The translations under genes and the position numbers were made by a program. This document shows, one piece after another, positions 52,436-64,000 of a DNA stretch of 64,000 nt (the stretch's first letter is position 1; each line of letters opens with the position of its first letter). The stretch covers positions 34,782,001 through 34,846,000 of the forward strand of contig NC_043001.1 of the NCBI RefSeq assembly GCF_006345805.1, in the 5' to 3' direction. Origin of the DNA: Octopus sinensis (taxonomy: Eukaryota). Below the pieces are notes generated by a model that was given only the letters and a program-made list of their open reading frames with translations, made no database searches and was not told the DNA's origin.

Positions 52436-53694
52436 AAACTTAATACACACTTTATGGTTTTATGCATTGTAGAACGACACAAAAAAGAACTTCCTTTATG
52501 AGTACCAACGGCTTAGTTGAATCCATACATTGTGACCTATATATATATATATATATATACATCATACATACATACATACATATATATACATCATACATAC
52601 ATACATACATGCATACATGCAGCTTCTATATCCAGACTATGAATTCATATTCATACTAATAAAACCACCGTCGCTCGCATCTCTTCCTTTCCTCTCTGCT
52701 TTCTCTTCTTCATTTCTTTTCTCCATTTTTGTTAGTAAATGCTTAAAGGAGAATTTGGATAAACTGGGATGTTCAGTAACGATACTGACTGGCTGATTCG
52801 TACATTTTAAGTCCAATCTGTGAGTGGAATAGTAAAAATATGCAAGAATTTTCTGAAGTTCCAAATGTGAATTTGTCTGTGTTACCTACATCCCAAAGAT
52901 AGAGCCTTGTATCTTATTTGGAAACTGGTTCCCTCCTCAGTTGAAGATTTATAATAATAAAACAAAAATAGAAGAGACACATACATATATATATATGTGT
53001 GTGTATATACATATATATGTGTGTGTATATATACATACATATATATATATATACATATATATGTATATATGCATGTATGTATATATATGTATAAATAATA
53101 TGGATGGTTGATTCACTATTTTACAACCTAAAGGCAGAAAAATATAGGTCACTAAAGTATTGCTATAAATAAGAGTCAAAAACAATTAAATAGCCACGAA
53201 AACACTATCTTAATGAGCTGACAAAGTGGACAAGGCCCTATGCTTCAGTTAAAGGTAGATCACCGATGATTCCGCATTCTGATGCTTAACCTATTTTAAT
53301 GCTTATCAGTAGTTTTCACCATGCCTAGAGTTAAACTCAATCTCGCCTTCTCAGCTCATAAGATTTCCGTTGAAATCATACGCTGATTTTATAATTGGTA
53401 GTATGAAAATTATAAATAATAATGGTGGCTAATTTGCAATTTTACAACCTAAAGGCAGAAATATATACGTCAGTAAAATGAACTGGGGCACTAATCAGCA
53501 CCATTATTGCTAGAAATATATATATGTGTGTATGTGTGTGTGCGTGTGTGTGTGTATACAAAGTCAATATGAGGATATCATAATTCTCAAAAACGATTAT
53601 TATATCCGAAATTTCACTGGTTTAATCATCAAAGCCGTTGATGAATATCTTTCCGATATATATATATGGGATTATTATTATTATCATATATATG

Positions 53695-54112
53695 TCTCTC
53701 CCTTTACTGGTTTCAGTCACTTGACTGCGGCCATGCTGGAGCACCACCTTTAGTCGAGCAAATCGACCCCGGGACTTATGCTTTGTAAGCCTAGTACTTA
53801 TTCTATCGGTTCTTTTGCCGAACCGCTAAATGACGGGGACATAAACACACCAGCATCGGTTGTCAAGCAATGCTAGGGGACAAACACACACAAACACACA
53901 AACACACACACGCATACACACACACATATATATATATATACATATATACGACGGGCTTCATTCAGTTTCCATCTACCAAATCCACTCACAAGGCTTTGGT
54001 CGGCCCGAGGCTATAGCAGAAGACACTTGCTCAAGATGCCATGCAGTGGGACTGAACCCAGAACCATGTGGTTGGTGAGCAAGCTACTTACCACACAGCA
54101 ATTCCTGCACCT
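53695..54112 (-). mobile_element. Full-length SINE family A
   Basis: Same modules as 50877-51264. Confidence 0.92.
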
Positions 54113-54728
54113 ATCTGTGTGTGTGTATACACATACATATATGAGTGTGTATGTCAGTGAATATTTGTATGTATGTATGCACATAAGCCGGTACGTGAGT
54201 GCACATGCAAAAATGGAATATTAGGAAGTGTATCGTAAGCAATAGAAGTCAAAATGATAATATCTATGGATGGCTCATTCGGAGTAGAAACATCATACGT
54301 TTGGAAATAAATACAATTACCTCCAAAAATTAACGAAAGTAAAATAAAATAAAAAAACGTCTAAAGTTAATGAGAAAATAAAAGGAAAGATAAGGAGTGA
54401 AAAAATACGAGAGATCGGGGCGAGGAAGAGGTGCTCGAGAGTGACGATCGGAAGGAGAGCAAGTAGATGACAAAAGATATTTACAGTGTTAAAATCTTCC
54501 TAATAGATTAATTTGCCTTATTTTTCACTTGGCGATTGAAAATATTCAAACTCAGACTAACAATTTACGGAAATTTTCCACGTCCAGCCGAATATAATAT
54601 CTCAATTAGCATTGGAAAAGTATTCCCGTTTGGTCTTCATTCACACACACACACAGACACAAGTATATATAATCATAGAATTATTTTATCTCCGACAATA
54701 AAATATCTTATCAAGGACAGTTCCTTTT

Positions 54729-54770
54729 TAACCCTGAAGAAGGGACTTGTATGTCCCGAAATATTGGATA
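54729..54770 (+). ncRNA. Type I hammerhead ribozyme-like motif with canonical core
   Basis: UAACC-CUGAAGA-A-GGGAC(UUGUAU)GUCCC-GAAA-U-AUU-GGAUA. 5-bp stem II, palindromic AAUAUU stem III (needs a dimer), AUU site, stem I with one mismatch. Confidence 0.65.
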
Positions 54771-54923
54771 TATATATACGACCGAAGATTACCAGGTAAC
54801 TTAGTTTTAGTTTACGTTACTTCATCTTAAAATCTATTTGCATTGTGTTTGGCATTTTAAATCCTTTAACAGTATATTCCATATAGAATGCTTCAAGCAA
54901 ACTATAAATCTTCTTATATATAT

Positions 54924-54956
<33 letters not shown>

Positions 54957-54959
<3 letters not shown>

Positions 54960-55165
54960 ACGGGAAGCTTTATGAAAATAAACAAAAGACGAAGGCAGGT
55001 GGAAAACAAACGAACAATTGTATTAGTATGGCGCTCAGGAAATATAAATAAAACAAGTCTTTAACGTTTCGAGCCTACGCTCTTCAACAGAAAGATACAC
55101 AGAGAGAGAAAAACACAGAAAGAAGGAGAGAAAAAAATGCGTGCAGTAGCTAACGAATCAACATG
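54957..55165 (-). mobile_element. PLE-type terminal repeat, family D, with hammerhead-like motif (55058-55095)
   Basis: Minus strand UCUUU-CUGUUGA-AGAGCGUAGGCUC-GAAAC-GUU-AAAGA; homologous to 18205-18418. Confidence 0.75.
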
Positions 55166-55284
55166 GCGATCTGATTTCGGCCAGAGGTCAAAGATCAAAC
55201 ATGAGACGCGAGAGCGAAATAAGGGGAGATAATAGGGTTGATAAACGGGTTGAGGGACCAGCTAAAGTGCGTGGGAGGGGTCTT

Positions 55285-55600
55285 GGATGTGTGTATGTAT
55301 AGGGTTGGTGTATGTATTAGTATGTATAGGTGTGTGTGTTGTGTGTGTGTATGAGAGAGTATTAGTGCGTAAGATTGGTCTGGACGTGCGTATGTATGGG
55401 GTTGGTGTATGTATTAGTATGTATTAGTATGTATTAGTATGTATTAGTACGTATTGGTATGTATAGGTGTTGTGTGTGTGTGTGAGAGAGTATAAGTGCG
55501 TATGCGGGGTCTGGACGTGTGTATGTATAGGGTTGGTGTAAGTATTGTATGTACTAGTATGTATTAGTACGTATTAGTATGTATTAGTTGGTGTGTGTAT
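55285..55600. repeat. Minisatellite, about 3 diverged units of ~110-140 bp with variable (GTATTAGTAT)n
   Basis: Recurring GTCTGGACGTGTGTATGTATAGGGTTGGTGTA. Confidence 0.8.
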
Positions 55601-55984
55601 TAGTATGCACATCATATGTGATGTGATGTGTAAGTCATGTGGTGTAGTGAGGAGAAGAGGGGGAGGGGGGAATAGGGGGGAGAGAAGGGGAGGGGAAGAA
55701 GATGGGGAGGAGAAGGGGGAAGAGGAGACGATGGGGGAGAAGGAAGGTGAGAGGGGGATGAAGGAGGAAGAGGGAGAGGGGGAGAAGAGAAGGGAGAGAG
55801 GGAGTGAGGGAGCAGAGGGAAGGGGAAGAGGGAGGGAGAAAGAGGGAAGAAGGGAAGGGGAGTAGGGGTGAAGGATGAAGGACTGAAGAAGTAGGGGTCG
55901 GGGGGAGAAAGGATGGTGAGGAGGGGGGGGGAGGGGGTTAGATGAGGAGGGGGGGAGAGGGGGTTAGATGAGGAGGGGGGGAGA

Positions 55985-56149
55985 GTTGAGACCAAATGGC
56001 GTATAAGAGCGAAGAGAGAAGATTAATTCCTGTTCACGGCGCAACGGGAATCCGATGGCCTCTGTGTAAGGACAAACGGAACACAGATAGGTGTTGCAAG
56101 GAGTGACCGGTGGAGCGGAAATGGCGTGAGACCGGTGTGTCGTTGGCAA
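55985..56149 (-). mobile_element. Penelope-like GIY-YIG endonuclease C-terminal fragment
   Basis: LRREQELIFSLRSYTPFGLN fits the PLE endonuclease end R..RE..(W/L)I..L.(T/S)..P.GLN. Confidence 0.7.
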
Positions 56150-56154
56150 ATATA

Positions 56155-56361
56155 GTTAATCCAAACATGAAAGCACAAAGAAAAACACTACAACGCGAGG
56201 ACGTGGAACAGGTATAGTATTATTGGACGCTCAGGAAAGAAGAAAGAAGGAGGGTTTAACGTTTCGAGCGGAGCTCTTCGTCGGAAACATAGGAGAAGGA
56301 AAGATCCAGAGAAGGGAAGACAGAGGAAAAAAATCGCCAACGGTACACACGCGGTCACATA
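56155..56361 (-). mobile_element. PLE-type terminal repeat, family E, with hammerhead-like motif (56254-56288)
   Basis: Minus strand GUUU-CCGACGA-AGAGCUCCGCUC-GAAAC-GUU-AAAC; homologous to 63221-63423. Confidence 0.75.
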
Positions 56362-56989
56362 TGTGTGTGTGTGTGTGTGCATGTATAATATATATATATA
56401 TACACACACAAACACGCACACATGCACACACATGTACACTACATAAAGTACGTAAATATATGAATGTATATGAATACGTATGTGTATTTATGGATGTATT
56501 TATGTATGTATGTGTGTATGTATATATACATATATACATACATACACGCACACACACACACACACACCACACACATATATATATATATATATGCATGTCA
56601 ATCTATACTTGTCAATCATGTTTGATTAAATGGTACAGATGTAGGTGCAATTTAATGGAAGCATTTAATAAATCTCGGGAAATTTTTCCTGCAATTATCA
56701 GTAAACTCTGAGAGAAATGAACGTATACTTATATATATACTGAGACTCAGTTTCGTATATCTTGGCAATGGTGCTCGAACGGCATCTTCCCCTTGTAACC
56801 ATGGAACGTTCGAGAATGTTCATAACGATAGGGGCGACTTGGCAGTAATCTTTAATTAAGTGCTTCTCGCCAAATCTGGAAGAGGTGACGGCAAACAAAC
56901 AATGGAAGTATGCCAATATCCCAACTAACAGAGAAAGAATTAGAAATTGTGGTGGAGTATAAATACATACATATATACAAGCATGCATA

Positions 56990-57249
56990 CATTCATATAT
57001 GCATACATACATACATATCAATGCATATGCCTACATACACACACAGACGCACATATGTATGCTTACATGTATGTAAGTATGTATATATGCATATAAATAC
57101 ATACATATATATACATATATGTATATATATACATATATGTATATATATGTATATATATACATATATGTATATATATACATATATACATATATGTATATAT
57201 ATATAAATACATACATATATATACATATATGTATATATACATATACATA

Positions 57250-57290
<41 letters not shown>

Positions 57291-57302
57291 GATATATATT
57301 AT

Positions 57303-57337
<35 letters not shown>

Positions 57338-57340
57338 GCG
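56990..57340. repeat. (TA)n/(TATACA)-rich microsatellite
   Basis: Direct reading. Confidence 0.95.
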
Positions 57341-57719
57341 TGAAGAGGAAAAGGAAATAATATAGCTGTAGAGAAAAAAACCAACAGAGTAGACCAGAGA
57401 TGAAAATCAAATATATAATATAATCATGGATAAAAAAACTCTTTGTTACAGATTCTCTTTAAATATCATACATTGTGCCAAGCTTTGCAAAATCGTCAGA
57501 TAAGAGGAAGGAAGATTTGCATGTAGCTGTTATGTTGAAATAAGCTTAAGGCAGGGTCGAATCATGTGCGAGCTTGGTGTATGTAAACAATAAGTGGCAA
57601 TGGAATAAGCGATTTGACTGAACGCCTATATCGCAGAAAAAAGGATTTTTTATGTTTTGTGTATACAATGGGAACAAACTCACATACATGCAGACACACG
57701 CATGCCATATATATTTTCA

Positions 57720-58050
57720 CGTTCATGAAGTCGCTTGATGTGGTCGCTCTGAGATGGGAGGAGTTTGCCAATGAACGTCCACACTGGAGACAAATACTGC
57801 GAAAATGGGATGAAGAGATCAGAAGAAAAACAGGAACTCGCCACCAAAGAAAAACGCACTCGACGGAAGGAAAAAATCCGTAGCGCCGGAGGAGAACTCC
57901 TTCAAACGCAGTCACTGTATGCGTGACTGTCACTCCCGTGTATGCCTATACAGCCACAATAGACGCTGCACCACCATCAGCAGCTGACACAACTCCTTCG
58001 GTCGCAGATCCATGATCCCTTGAGACCGACGGATGCCTACTCACTATTGC
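57720..58050 (+). mobile_element. 5'-truncated RTE-clade LINE (ORF C-terminus and 3' end)
   Basis: MKSLDVVALRWEEFANERPHWRQIL followed, after a frameshift, by the C2H2-like FKRSHCMRDCHSRVCLYSHNRRC* and an RTE-type end GATCCCTTGAGACCGACGGATGCC. Confidence 0.85.
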
Positions 58051-58058
58051 TACAATGT

Positions 58059-58113
<55 letters not shown>

Positions 58114-58127
58114 TATATTATAATATA

Positions 58128-58170
<43 letters not shown>

Positions 58171-58233
58171 AGTGTCTGTATGTGTGTGAGTCTGTGTGTG
58201 TGTGTGTGCGTGTGTGGAGAGTGAGAGAAAGAA

Positions 58234-58266
<33 letters not shown>

Positions 58267-58399
58267 TACCTGGGAACGGTATGAGGTTACGCCGGTCGAA
58301 ATGTAGCGTTCAATTCAAACGTTGAAATATCTATCTCTAATAATGAGGCTAATAATCCTTAAATAAATAAACATTAAAGCAAGTCTTCTTAGACAATAA

Positions 58400-58786
58400 T
58401 CTCTCTCTATATAAACGGCAGTTTGTCTGTGCGTGTTTCTGTGTGTCTGTTTTCTCGTACCCTCACCCTGACCACGGCTTTCAACCGATTCTGATGAAAC
58501 TTGACACACACATAGCCCAATGTCATAATTCAAAACTAACGCAGCGAAAATTTTGAAAAGTTCCCGCAGTTCTGAAAAAAATCGATAAATTCGACATGGG
58601 GTCGAGAATAAAAAAAAACAAACCACAGACTGTCTAGGGGACGCAACTCAACCTTTTATTACTCTCAAAAAAAAATTTACCATCATTTTTTTTCCATTTT
58701 TTGGCTATTTTTTGGCTATAACTCTCTAAAAATGCTTTATAGTTATTTCCCTTACAAACCTGAGCAACGCCGGGCGATACTGCTAG
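58400..58786 (+). mobile_element. Non-autonomous Helitron (387 bp), subfamily H1
   Basis: A|TCTCTCTCTATATAAACGGCAG...CCTGAGCAACGCCGGGCGATACTGCTAG|T; homolog of 1297-1664. Confidence 0.88.
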
Positions 58787-58829
58787 TTTTTATATAAACA
58801 GCTCATATGAATTGCTTTGTATTTCGAAA

Positions 58830-58959
58830 TCTATACACATAAATAACAATTTCTATCCGTTTGTGGCTGTGTGAGCGTGTCTGTTTGAACTTGTTACTTT
58901 AACTCATCCTTGATTATCCAACCGATCTTCATGAAACTTACGCACTTGGAATTGCAAAA

Positions 58960-58998
<39 letters not shown>

Positions 58999-59150
58999 AA
59001 ACATAAATAAATAAAAATCGATAATTTTTAACCAGTATCAATTTTTTGAAAAACCTATGCAAATTCTCATATGAATGTTATTTTCTGCCATAACTTATAA
59101 AGTTTTCAACCGATTTTTCTTGAAATTCTATACACACACACAGATGGAAT
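58830..59150 (+). mobile_element. Older Helitron-like element
   Basis: Starts TCTATACACATAAA, contains two AACCGAT(C/T)TT(C/T)..GAAA motifs typical of these elements and a (TAAA)n tract; 3' end not found. Confidence 0.5.
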
Positions 59151-61379
59151 ATGCACTAAGGGTGGGTTGATACAAATAAAATTTTACCTAGGCCACTCAA
59201 GCAAGGCGTAAGATGGTTGGTTTTGATTAACTGATTAACAACATTTGGCCTAATTTATTGTGGGGTTAAAATGTTCATCAATTGTTTCAGCATTCTCAGG
59301 TTGCTTTGACATGTGTTTTGTTAACACCTGCACTTAGAATTGTCGGTTCTAACCGTTGCAATCGATATTTGATTCTCACAATCAGTAGAAATATACCCAT
59401 GAAACACAGTCGCCAAATTAAGTACCTATTCTCTAAATAATTTGTTGCTTACTTTCCAAACGTTTATGTTCTTTTTTTTTTCATAGCACTCCTTTACAAT
59501 TCCCTTCTTGATGTTTCCATTGATTATATATTTGCAGCTTTCCATTCATCTGACAAAACGATTTCCATTTCCGATTCATTCCACAGGTATTTATTTGTAT
59601 TATTGTTTCATGAATGAATTTGCTTATGCCTTCCATTATCTGTCCTATGTCTTGATTTCATTTTTCGTCTGAGAGAAATTAGGCATTGTAATGGGTACTG
59701 GAAATATCCACGCTACCGAGAATTACCGGGTACCTTAGTTAGTGGTTCCATATATGTATTAATAGGCGAATGAAATTTGACTCAAATAGGAAAATTGTGT
59801 GTCTATGATATGCATCAGCCTGACTGTCAATTAGTTACCCCTACCAATGACACTGCTGATTTCAAGGACTACAGAAATATAATTCCTTAGTTCTATGCTT
59901 ACATCAAAGCAATCAATACTGTAAAGGTAGTAGCTGGTAGATCGAAACGCCTCTGCGTAGCAGAATCAGCTTCTCATTTGTTAACGTCTTAAATACGATT
60001 TACAATTGCATTATTTTAAAGGAAAACTAGATCAATGTGATCTAGAAGTCGAACAATATTTTTTTAAATAACAAACCAAGAAAAGTTATGTGACATATTG
60101 ATGCATTTTTTCTTTAATCTACTCAAATAAATTATCAATATTTAACACTGCTCTAGTATATTTATCATTTTATTTTTAAATAATAACTTGTTTGTTAGTG
60201 ATTTATAATACCAGAATATAGCATGGAATGTATTTCCAGTGGAATTCCGACCCGAACTGACATATATAATGATGAAGTTATTTCGTTGTCTCTATGAATC
60301 TCGAAAATATAATATATTTCAGTCTATCTCTCTATCTACTTGGTTATCTCTTTATTATCTTCTGATTCTCCATTCACATCATCCTATTTTCCATTCATTT
60401 CCGTCTATCTACTTTCTGTATTTCATTTATTCTCTTTCCTTTCTTGTATATCATAAAGGTTTTCTAACTTAACCGATATTTTTTACTCATTATGTATTCT
60501 TTACCCTTCCGTAGATAAAATTTTGTTTTGCTGAATCATTTTCGACACAATCTCGAAAGATTGGAATCAGAAAATTGCTAAAAATTATGAAGGAAATACA
60601 TTTGTTTTCTCTTTTTTTTTACATATACTTCAGTCTCATTTTAACTTACATTACATTTCATATTTTCGCTCCTATTACAATCAGAACATCTCTCTCTCCC
60701 CCCTCTCTCTCTCTTACTGTCATCATGTCATCAATAATTTCTTTCCCTCTATTCTTGTTTACTTCGCCAACATGAAAACCCTTCCTAGATAATTGCTGTA
60801 AATTATGCGAGTTCTATATCAAGCTTGCCTTATTTCTTTGTTAATTTTTTTCTTTTCCATATAATGTGTCATATATCTTGATAATGTTTAAGCCAGCAGC
60901 TTTTATATATACTATTTGTCATATATTTATAATGAAATATATATGTAAAGAGAATTGATATTGAAAATTGCCTTATAGAAAATTTCTGCGCAAATCCTCT
61001 ATTTAGAAATATAGTCCACAGAAATAAGGGAATTATAAACCGAAAACGAACAGTCTATTTTTGTTTTTTATAACATGGAAATTCAGATATCTATTTATCA
61101 TTCGTTTGCTTGTCAAAAAAAAAAGTAAAAACGAGTAGATACAATTGTTATATTTTACATATAATTGCCATTGATAAGAGGTTATTAATAATTACTGAGT
61201 TATCTTTGGAATCTTTACAACAATTTAATCTCAAAAAAATATATTTAATTTTTCTCAACTCAAGGGGACGATGCAGCCTTGATATAGAACTCGTTTGAAA
61301 CTCGTTAGCAGCGCAGAGAAAGACACAGTGGCATATATTTATGATGATATTTAGCGAAGAGGCTCACTTTTGTATACGC

Positions 61380-61384
61380 ATATA

Positions 61385-61438
<54 letters not shown>

Positions 61439-61470
61439 CACTATATATATATATATATATATATATAATA

Positions 61471-61514
<44 letters not shown>

Positions 61515-61517
61515 CAC

Positions 61518-61551
<34 letters not shown>

Positions 61552-61612
61552 CATATATATATATATATACACACACATATATATATATACACACATATAT
61601 ATATTTATATAC

Positions 61613-61677
<65 letters not shown>

Positions 61678-61678
61678 C

Positions 61679-61709
<31 letters not shown>

Positions 61710-61712
61710 TAT
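61380..61712. repeat. (TA)n-rich microsatellite
   Basis: Direct reading. Confidence 0.95.
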
Positions 61713-61721
61713 AACAACCAA

Positions 61722-61836
61722 TGTTGGCGTGTTTACGCCTAAGCTTACAAAGAATAAGTCCTGGGGCGATTTGTTCGACTAAAGGCGGTGCTCCAGCATG
61801 GTCGCTGTCAGATCACTGAAACAAGTAAAAGAATAA
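61722..61836 (+). mobile_element. 5'-truncated SINE family A (tail only)
   Basis: ...GACTAAAGGCGGTGCTCCAGCATGGTCGCTGTCAGATCACTGAAACAAGTAAAAGAATAA. Confidence 0.85.
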
Positions 61837-62574
61837 CCAAAGAAAAGACTGTGTGTTTCCCATAACTCTGTAGATTGTCAGGTTACTTGCTAGTCAGAAT
61901 GAGCAGTCGAGAGTTAATATGGAATGCACTTGACTAGAAAGTGGTCGGGGCGTACATCTTTTCAATGAATCTTCCAAAAGCTACTTCAAGCGATAGGATA
62001 AGGGAACAAATTTCGCGATCCGTTGCTGCTTGATCAACTCCGATTGGCGAGCAACTTGATGTAAAAAGACTCAAAAACCTACATAAGATTACTGCCAATG
62101 CACCCCAATTCATTTTAATTGTTCAATTTTATTCTGATTTTAAAAACAGAATCCCAATGGGAAAATGACAGGGACCCTTTATGCAGTACTTCTCGGTTCA
62201 CTTCGGCTGTGTGATGTTTGTAAAGGGGCAGAGAGAAGATTATTTCTTAGAAGACTTTCTAAGTAGTCGCACAACATACAAAACATATTGGTTAAATTTG
62301 ACTAAAATCAAAGCCTTCCAGCTTCGAGACAAAGGACACCGGGAATAATGTTGCCTTGGGTGTTCTATGTCTAAGATATAAGGACGAAATAGACGCGGGT
62401 GGAATTTCTTTGAACATCAATCTGTGAAGTCTGTTCTGATCCAGAGTGTAGTGTCAATGAATCCTGAAGCTGATTAACGATATTTTAGTTATTTTTTCTG
62501 TATTCCTATTCTCATTACCACCACTCCCTCCACTCCTCATTTAATATTTTCATTCACCGAATCTTATACATTTC

Positions 62575-62663
<89 letters not shown>

Positions 62664-63013
62664 CGTCTGTCTGTCTATCTGTCTGCCTGTCTATCTATCT
62701 ACCTCTCTCTCTCCACCTCTCTCTCTCTCTCTCTCTCTCTAGTTTTCTGTGTGCCAGTCGGTTTGTCTGTCACATTAAATATGCATAATATATCTTTGGA
62801 TCAAAACAATCGTAGTGGTTCTGAATAAAAGTTTCGTGAATTCCATTTTCTTTCTCTCATATTTTTACATGCTCTAAAAACACAAAGGAATTCCTAAAGT
62901 AATTCTAGTGGCGTACACTTCCATACTGTTTTTCACATCAGGTAGCCGAGTACAGTGAACCGGCTTTAAACAGCATACTACAAAGTCTATACCCGAATAT
63001 AAAATTATTACTT

Positions 63014-63111
63014 ATGTATGTATGTATGTATGTATGTATGTATGTATATATGTATGTATGTATGTATGTATGTGTGTATGTATGTATCAATATATCTATC
63101 TATGTATCTAT

Positions 63112-63207
<96 letters not shown>

Positions 63208-63220
63208 TTATCTATCTATC
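63014..63220. repeat. (TATG)n-(CTAT)n microsatellite
   Basis: Direct reading. Confidence 0.95.
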
Positions 63221-63423
63221 TAGTTAATCCAAGCATGAACAAAGAGAAAACACAAAAACGCGAGGACGTGGAACAAGTATAGTGTTATTGGACTCTCAAG
63301 AAAAGAAAGAAAGAAGGAGGATTTAGCGTTTCGAGTGGAGCTCTTCGTCAGAAACATAGAAGGAAAGGCCCAAGGAAGGGAAGACGGAGAAAGAGAATCG
63401 CCAACGATACATGCGCGGTCATA
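63221..63423 (-). mobile_element. PLE-type terminal repeat, family E, with hammerhead-like motif (63321-63355)
   Basis: Minus strand GUUU-CUGACGA-AGAGCUCCACUC-GAAAC-GCU-AAAU; flanked by microsatellites on both sides. Confidence 0.75.
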
Positions 63424-64000
63424 TATCTACCTACCTACCCACCAACCTACTTACCAACCTACCTACCTACCTACCTACCTACCTACCTACCTACCTACCT
63501 ACCTACCTGATTTATCTGAATCTCTTATCTGCCTTTCCGAACAACTCTCACTTCGATATCAAGCATGAATTGCTCCCTCTCCCACCTCTCATTTTCTATC
63601 TTTATTCTTCTTACTAAGATACTTTTAATTTTTATACTTCTTTCATTTTAACACCTCACCGCCTTCATCAAATCTCCCCTGTATGGCTGCTGTACATCTC
63701 TCTCTCTCTCTCTCTTATTCGCTCTCTACATCATTTTCTCTGCACCTCTCATCAAACTCTGTATTAATTCTGAGTACCTTTAATATCTTTGTTTCACCCA
63801 ACACAATCAATCTCCTCCATCTATCTATATATTTATCTATCTAATCCTTCAGTGATTATAATAATTTCCTTCTGGCTATTTTAGCTCTCTCAGCCCTATA
63901 GACTACTTCTAGCGTGAAAGATCGAAGAAAACCAACATATATATGAAGCAAGTTCACGTGACAATAATCTCGCATTTCTAGAAAAAAGTTTGTTCCGAAT

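Noticed and set aside
56740-56880. Minus-strand exon candidate FGEKHLIKDYCQVAPIVMNILERSMVTRGRCRSS
   Set aside because: It shares GATT(T)GGCGAG…AGATTACTGCCAA…CCC with about 62040-62108, so it is more likely an old interspersed repeat; no clear donor site.
59660-59900. About 80-codon frame with one internal TGA (…GYWKYPRYRELPG…*NLTQIGKLCVYDMHQPDC…)
   Set aside because: No recognisable homology, no SECIS-like evidence and no supported splice structure.

Overview
AT-rich, microsatellite-dense animal genomic DNA. The SINE families and repeat landscape look like Octopus (coleoid cephalopod); this is my inference from recalled repeat sequences, not a database result. I cannot support any intact host protein-coding gene, tRNA, rRNA or CRISPR array. 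Nearly all long ORFs in the supplied track are translations of simple repeats. The window is intergenic or intronic and dominated by mobile-element relics: four tRNA-derived SINE families (about 25 copies), non-autonomous Helitrons (three with both termini), a Tc1/mariner deletion derivative, a mariner MITE, a TTAA-flanked MITE, an RTE LINE 3' end, a CR1/L2-group LINE lacking its whole RT domain, and Penelope-like element (PLE) fragments (RT and GIY-YIG). The most interesting signal is a set of at least seven type I hammerhead-ribozyme-like motifs in PLE-type short repeats. Two of them bracket a ~1.2 kb retrozyme-like unit containing a GIY-YIG C-terminus, and one sits inside a 52-bp inverted-repeat foldback. 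There are also several long palindromes, one folding exactly at a hammerhead core. A weak three-exon coding candidate lies at 12.9-14.2 kb.
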